The notes below the pieces were generated by a model, which was not told the DNA's origin, made no database searches, and worked only from the letters and a program-made list of their open reading frames with translations. Below are positions 15,088 to 19,488 of a stretch of 19,488 nucleotides of DNA, one piece after another. The stretch is from NCBI GenBank assembly GCA_041548245.1, contig JBFESZ010000034.1, forward strand, positions 1 through 19,488, read 5' to 3'. Position 1 is the first letter of the stretch. Each line of letters starts with the position of its first letter. Position numbers and translations under genes: made by a program. Source of the DNA: Sulfurimonadaceae bacterium. GTDB taxonomy: Bacteria; Campylobacterota; Campylobacteria; Campylobacterales; Sulfurimonadaceae.

Positions 15088-16135
15088 CCTCTATCGACCA
15101 TCCTATTGTTTCACCGGCATACATCGGGACAACACCTTGATAATGCTCGGGTACCTTAAACGGTTCATTAACCAGTATCACCTCTTTAAACTCAGGACAT
15201 ATGCCATAAATACTTTGTGCATTGTCCGAGACGAAAGCCTGCAGGTTCTCGAGTTTTCCATGCTGCTCAAAGATCTCACATAGAAGCTGAAGTGCAATAG
15301 GTGCCGTAAAAACGCCCGCAGCACAGCCACAGGACTCTTTTTTCTCTTTTGGATGCGGAGCAGAATCAGAACCGAACATAACTTTTGGATGGGCGTTTAA
15401 AGCCAATTCCAACAACGCTTCTCTATCTTCTGGACGCTTGGCAATCGGTTTACAGAATAGATGCGGTTTAAGCATACCACCTGCTACATCATCAAGGCTG
15501 ATCAGAAGATGGTGCACCGTGATAGTCGCATATAGATTAGGATGTTTGTCCAGCATTTCCGCTGCAGCCTTTGTCGTGATATGTTCCATAATGATCTTCA
15601 GCTTAGGAAAGTTTGTAGCCAGGGCATCATAGATATTCATAAATTCAGCTTCTCTGTCCATGACAAAGCCGTCTGTCTCACCATGCACACACAGAGGAAT
15701 ACCCAGTGCCGCCATTGCTTCAAGGGTTGGACGCATCTCTTCAAGATCAAAGTTCTTGACCCCGCCTTCCGAGTTTGTCGTAATCCCAGCTGGATACAGC
15801 TTGATAGCAGTTAAATCTTCGGCTATCTCTTGCAAAAACTCTCTGTCATAGTTTTTGTAAAACAGAGTCATGTAAGGTTCAAATCCGCCATTGTCGCTAA
15901 AGTCCCCAATATCATCAAATTCATCTTCATCAGCAGCTTCAACACCCACAGCACGCAAGATACGCTCTTTATACGCAAGAAGTTCTTCCTTGCTACTTAC
16001 AGGAGGAACAAGGTTTGGCATGATGATCGCACCTGAAAAGCTGTAAGCAGATAGGGGTGCGATATTCTCTAACATCACGCCGTCACGCAGATGTAAATGC
16101 ATGTCCAGTGGCATTAATAAAGTATGTTGTTTCAT
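15077..16135 (-). CDS. pyrC: Dihydroorotase (homodimeric type)
   Basis: [55 protein letters not shown]. Confidence 0.97.
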   Translation of the reverse strand: MKQHTLLMPLDMHLHLRDGVMLENIAPLSAYSFSGAIIMPNLVPPVSSKEELLAYKERILRAVGVEAADEDEFDDIGDFSDNGGFEPYMTLFYKNYDREFLQEIAEDLTAIKLYPAGITTNSEGGVKNFDLEEMRPTLEAMAALGIPLCVHGETDGFVMDREAEFMNIYDALATNFPKLKIIMEHITTKAAAEMLDKHPNLYATITVHHLLISLDDVAGGMLKPHLFCKPIAKRPEDREALLELALNAHPKVMFGSDSAPHPKEKKESCGCAAGVFTAPIALQLLCEIFEQHGKLENLQAFVSDNAQSIYGICPEFKEVILVNEPFKVPEHYQGVVPMYAGETIGWSIEDVN

Positions 16136-16212
16136 CGTTCGTCCTTATAGGTTTTCATTTTTATTAAACATTTTGCTATCTCAAACTGCTATAGTTCTGT
16201 TTTACAGAAACA

Positions 16213-17601
16213 TTAAACATGCTCAGCCGCGACCGCTTGTTTTGCTGATTCGATCAAAGCATTGAGATGTCTTTCATAGAGTTTGGCATCTTCTATATCC
16301 TGTGACTCAAAACGTGTAACAAGAACAGGGGTCGTATTGCTAGCTCGAACCAATCCCCATCCATTTTCAAATATGACACGTACGCCATCAACATCGATGA
16401 TCTCTTTGACAGCTGGAAAGTCTGACGGTGGTGACTGGAGCTTTGTTTTAAGAACATCCATGATCTTAAACTTTTCAGCTTCGCTTGTCTTGATCTTGAT
16501 CTCTTCAGTCGAGTAAACTACAGGGAGCGCATCCACTTCAGCGTCTATATCCATCCCTCTATGAATAAGCTCAAGTACTCGAAACGTCGTATAGATAGCA
16601 TCGTCAAACCCAAAGTATCTGTCATTGAAAAAAACATGCCCACTTACCTCAGCAGCCAGATCTGCATTCGTCTCTTTAATCTTTACTTTCAGATTCGAGT
16701 GTCCGGTCTTATACATGATTGCCTTGCCACCACGTTCTCGGATAGTGTCATACATCACCTGAGAACACTTCACTTCGCCGACAACTGTAGGATTCGTCAT
16801 CTGCTTGCTTAACAATAGTGCCATGACATCACCTTTGATGTTGTGCTTTTTGGTCAGTACCGCAATTCTATCCGCGTCTCCGTCATAAGCGAAGGCAATA
16901 TCCCCTTCACGGTTCAAAAGCAGTTTAATGTCTTCTAAGTTCTCTTCTTCTGAAGGGTCAGGGTGATGATTTGGAAAGGTTCCGTCAGGCTCGACAAATA
17001 TCCCTTTTGTATTCAGCTCTAAACGTTTGAAGATCTCAGGAAGTACAGAACCTGCCACCCCGTTTCCGCAATCATAGACAATACTGATATCCATATTTCG
17101 GAGGTGTTCAAACTCCTTGGCAATATAGTCGATGTAGCGTGAAGAGGCATCAAAGATCTCATACTCATCACTATCAGGGATAATCTCAACCAAGCTCTCG
17201 ATCTCTCGACCAAGGGTATAGATATCATCACCAAAGAAAGGTGCCTTGTCGATTGTTATTTTAAAACCATTATACTCAGGTGGATTATGCGAACCTGTAA
17301 TCATCACCGACCCGCCTGGTGTGACGACAGTGCCACTTTCAAGTTTAAGCTCTTGAAAGTTGGTAAAATAGTTGACAGGTGTCGGAACAAGCTGAATGTT
17401 GATCACCTTCTTACCGGCGTGTACAAAACCGCTGCATAACCAGTTAAAAAGTGTCTCGGAATGTGTTCTGGCATCATAGCCGATACTCACATATTCGCCC
17501 GCTACCCTTTGGCCCAGACTATAGCCTATCTTTTTGACCGTATCTTCATTCAACTCTTTTTCAAAAATACCACGAATGTCATACTCTCTGTAAATGGACA
17601 T
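16213..17601 (-). CDS. Phosphomannomutase/phosphoglucomutase (AlgC-like)
   Basis: YREYDIRG, ITGSHNPPEYNG (phospho-Ser), FPNHHPDP, YDGDADR metal loop, AEVSGH, VRASNTTP. GAGG upstream of ATG 17601; GTG 17607 is an alternative start. Confidence 0.96.
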   Translation of the reverse strand: MSIYREYDIRGIFEKELNEDTVKKIGYSLGQRVAGEYVSIGYDARTHSETLFNWLCSGFVHAGKKVINIQLVPTPVNYFTNFQELKLESGTVVTPGGSVMITGSHNPPEYNGFKITIDKAPFFGDDIYTLGREIESLVEIIPDSDEYEIFDASSRYIDYIAKEFEHLRNMDISIVYDCGNGVAGSVLPEIFKRLELNTKGIFVEPDGTFPNHHPDPSEEENLEDIKLLLNREGDIAFAYDGDADRIAVLTKKHNIKGDVMALLLSKQMTNPTVVGEVKCSQVMYDTIRERGGKAIMYKTGHSNLKVKIKETNADLAAEVSGHVFFNDRYFGFDDAIYTTFRVLELIHRGMDIDAEVDALPVVYSTEEIKIKTSEAEKFKIMDVLKTKLQSPPSDFPAVKEIIDVDGVRVIFENGWGLVRASNTTPVLVTRFESQDIEDAKLYERHLNALIESAKQAVAAEHV

Positions 17602-17637
17602 CTTCACCTCAAAACTGTTTTGCTTTTATAAACATGT

Positions 17638-17643
17638 ATTATA
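17638..17643 (-). promoter_or_regulatory. Putative -10 box for pmm/pgm
   Basis: TATAAT on the minus strand in the short tonB-pmm gap. Confidence 0.55.
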
Positions 17644-17650
17644 GTGGAAC

Positions 17651-18421
17651 CTAGCGTTGAGCAAGCTTATAGACGATTGGGATTTGTAAGGAGAGCTCTA
17701 CTTTAGGGTGGGGAAATGATGCAGCAGCTTTTTGTATCGTTTTAATAGCGGCTTTGCTTAAGATGGAAGCGATATCGCCCAAAGCCTTGATCTCACTTAT
17801 CTCACCCTTTGTATTGAGTGTGAAAGCGACCATAGTTTTACCCTGGATACCGCGCTTTTTAGCTATTCTCGGATAATAGAGGTTCTCTTTGATCAGCGCA
17901 TTGATCAATGCGATATTATCGTGCATATACTGTTTTTCACACGCAATTCTCAAGTCGTCTTGGTTCTGAACAGAAGAAGCATTCATCTGGGCATCGGTTT
18001 GTGCAACAACACTTTTTGTAAGTCTTTGCTCAACAGCTTCTTTGGCCAACTCTTCTTCAACTTTTTGAGGTTTTTCAGTCTCTTCTTCTTTTGTTGCCAG
18101 AAAAGGTGTTTTTTTCACCTCTTTGAGTTCCACCTGTTTTAAAACAGGTGTGTTTGTCACAACTCTTTTGTTGACCTCTTTTTCTACTTTTTCATGGGGT
18201 TTAGAAACTCTCTTCTTCTCTTGTAAGAGCTTGTCAGGCTGTTCAACGACCTGTTCGGGGGCCAAAGATGACAAATTTAGTTTGGTCATTTTCATTGCAG
18301 AACCACAGGCACATGTAGGTTCTTTAAACTCATATATCAATATGATCGCAGCAAAAACTACAAGTAAGTGCATGCCTATGGAGAACAACAATGATTTTGA
18401 TCTTAAACTAAGAGAATTCAT
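17651..18421 (-). CDS. tonB: Energy transducer TonB
   Basis: N-terminal TM anchor with S-x3-H (SIGMH), Lys/Glu-rich linker, TonB_C motif YYPRIAKKRGIQGKTMVAFTLNTKG...FP.P...LQIPIVY. Confidence 0.9.
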   Translation of the reverse strand: MNSLSLRSKSLLFSIGMHLLVVFAAIILIYEFKEPTCACGSAMKMTKLNLSSLAPEQVVEQPDKLLQEKKRVSKPHEKVEKEVNKRVVTNTPVLKQVELKEVKKTPFLATKEEETEKPQKVEEELAKEAVEQRLTKSVVAQTDAQMNASSVQNQDDLRIACEKQYMHDNIALINALIKENLYYPRIAKKRGIQGKTMVAFTLNTKGEISEIKALGDIASILSKAAIKTIQKAAASFPHPKVELSLQIPIVYKLAQR

Positions 18422-18428
18422 AACTATG

Positions 18429-18434
18429 AGTATA
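18429..18434 (-). promoter_or_regulatory. Putative -10 box positioned for a leaderless tonB transcript
   Basis: TATACT separated from ATG 18421 by 7 nt. No SD between them. Confidence 0.55.
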
Positions 18435-18550
18435 GGATAAAAAATGTTACAAAAGCGTTAATCTCATCCATTATTCGAAAGTTATTTGATAAGTAATGCT
18501 TATTTCTTCTCTTTTCATTTCCAGGACAAAGCCACAAAAGAGCTTTATCA

Positions 18551-19111
18551 TCAGAACCAATAGCGTGGATAGTGCCTTTTAGGGCTTTTAGAGAGGTTAT
18601 TGATCACAAGCGCTACCATCAGCATAACAAGAGCGCCCACTAAGATAGGTGAAAATGCCAGCATATAACTGAGTTTGTGCACCTGTTCTCCTCCAATGAC
18701 TGCAATCAGTGCGGTGGCTCCTCCCGGAGGATGCATCGTACGTGTCAAATGCATCACTACAATAGCGATAGAAACAGCCAAAGCACTCATAAGTGCAAGG
18801 TCAAAAGGCAGATATCTATAAACGGTTATACCCACCAAAGCGGACAAAAAATGTCCTCCTACAAGGTTTCGGGGTTGAGAAAACTCCAACTGAGGTGCAC
18901 CGTACAATAAAACGGCCGAGGCACCGAAAGAGCCTACCAGAAAAAAAGTATCTGCCGTATCTGTCCCTATAAGGGTGTTTAGTTTTGCGATAAGGTATAT
19001 TCCTAAAAATGCACCAAGCCAGGACCAGGCGATTTTAAAAAAAGGCTTCCTTGGAGCAGGTCTATCATTCCCTCGCATCCTTTTTATATAAACCACTATC
19101 TTTGATAACAT
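18551..19111 (-). CDS. HPP family integral membrane protein
   Basis: SFGASAVLLYGAP...SQPRNLVGGH and TMHPPGGATAL motifs with several hydrophobic segments. Confidence 0.94.
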   Translation of the reverse strand: MLSKIVVYIKRMRGNDRPAPRKPFFKIAWSWLGAFLGIYLIAKLNTLIGTDTADTFFLVGSFGASAVLLYGAPQLEFSQPRNLVGGHFLSALVGITVYRYLPFDLALMSALAVSIAIVVMHLTRTMHPPGGATALIAVIGGEQVHKLSYMLAFSPILVGALVMLMVALVINNLSKSPKRHYPRYWF

Positions 19112-19488
19112 CAGCCCTCCGCATACATCTGTGCTTCTTTTTTAATTAATACATCGGCTAAGAAGAAATAGGCCTCTTTCCAAGCGTTCATTACATCAGC
19201 TGATGCCGCATCGCCAAGAACATCCTCAATGGCACTTAAAAGTGCCCCACCTACAAGTGGATAGTGTTCCGGTTTAATATTGGTCTTGACATGGGCTTTT
19301 GCCATTGTTTCTATACCTTTTCCCAAAGCACTCAGATTATCAATATTAGCCGCATAGGCATACACTGCCTGTGCCAGCTTTTTGTATTGATCAGGCTCGG
19401 CATCTTTAAAAAGTTCTTCAAGTTCTGGGTTGCGTTCAAAAAGGAACTTGTACATCACTGTCGTGATCTCCTCACCCCTCTCTTTTAA
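19111..19488 (-). CDS. Single-domain globin (Vgb/Cgb-like), N-terminus beyond the window end
   Basis: The frame stays open to 19488 (LKERGEEITTVMYKFLFERNPELEELF...). TyrB10 (MY), PheCD1, GlnE7 (DQYKKLA), proximal HisF8 (AKAHVK), PEHYPLVG, AWKEAY. Ends after helix H, so there is no C-terminal reductase domain. Confidence 0.92.
   Translation of the reverse strand, partial: LKERGEEITTVMYKFLFERNPELEELFKDAEPDQYKKLAQAVYAYAANIDNLSALGKGIETMAKAHVKTNIKPEHYPLVGGALLSAIEDVLGDAASADVMNAWKEAYFFLADVLIKKEAQMYAEG

Noticed and set aside
341-19488. The many 60-126 aa alternative-frame and antisense ORFs in the track (e.g. 2292-2663, 8029-8400, 11741-12121, 18123-18440)
   Set aside because: All are nested in or opposite well-supported genes and show no recognisable motifs, as expected for shadow ORFs.
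1-19488. Phase-variable homopolymer tracts, CRISPR arrays, IS elements, tRNA/rRNA
   Set aside because: No long poly-G/C tracts were seen and A/T runs of about 7-8 nt are expected at this composition. No repeat-spacer pattern, transposase or structural RNA was recognised by eye.

Overview
This is an AT-rich, mostly housekeeping chromosomal region. Protein sequences and TGnTATAAT-type promoters point to a Campylobacterota (epsilonproteobacterial) genome; a free-living Sulfurimonas/Sulfurovum-like organism is plausible but is inference. Gene order: two type IV prepilins (the first cut by the window edge), a zapA/zapB-like pair, uvrB, ppk1-gamma-carbonic anhydrase-TRIC/UPF0126, a convergent rpmB-K+ channel-argJ-M23 peptidase operon, a translationally coupled HDOD / STAS-REC-STAS-CheX / small membrane protein operon, a minus-strand run tonB-pmm/pgm-pyrC-response regulator-histidine kinase-exbB-exbD, and an HPP protein coupled to a single-domain globin (cut by the window edge). 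No rRNA, tRNA, CRISPR or mobile element was seen. The best candidate for an undescribed system is the HDOD/CheX operon. Its CheX catalytic ExxN motif is intact, while the two STAS domains, the half-REC and the HDOD all appear to lack their canonical phospho or metal residues, and an unlisted 18-aa hydrophobic ORF follows it. Other notable signals: three PglB-type N-glycosylation sequons in the pilin, an internal SD+ATG at the RCK domain of the K+ channel, a split Ton system coupled to a loop-less sensor kinase, a probably leaderless tonB, an acidic insertion in PyrC, and a globin-HPP pair. All family assignments come from reading motifs by eye; no database searches were run.
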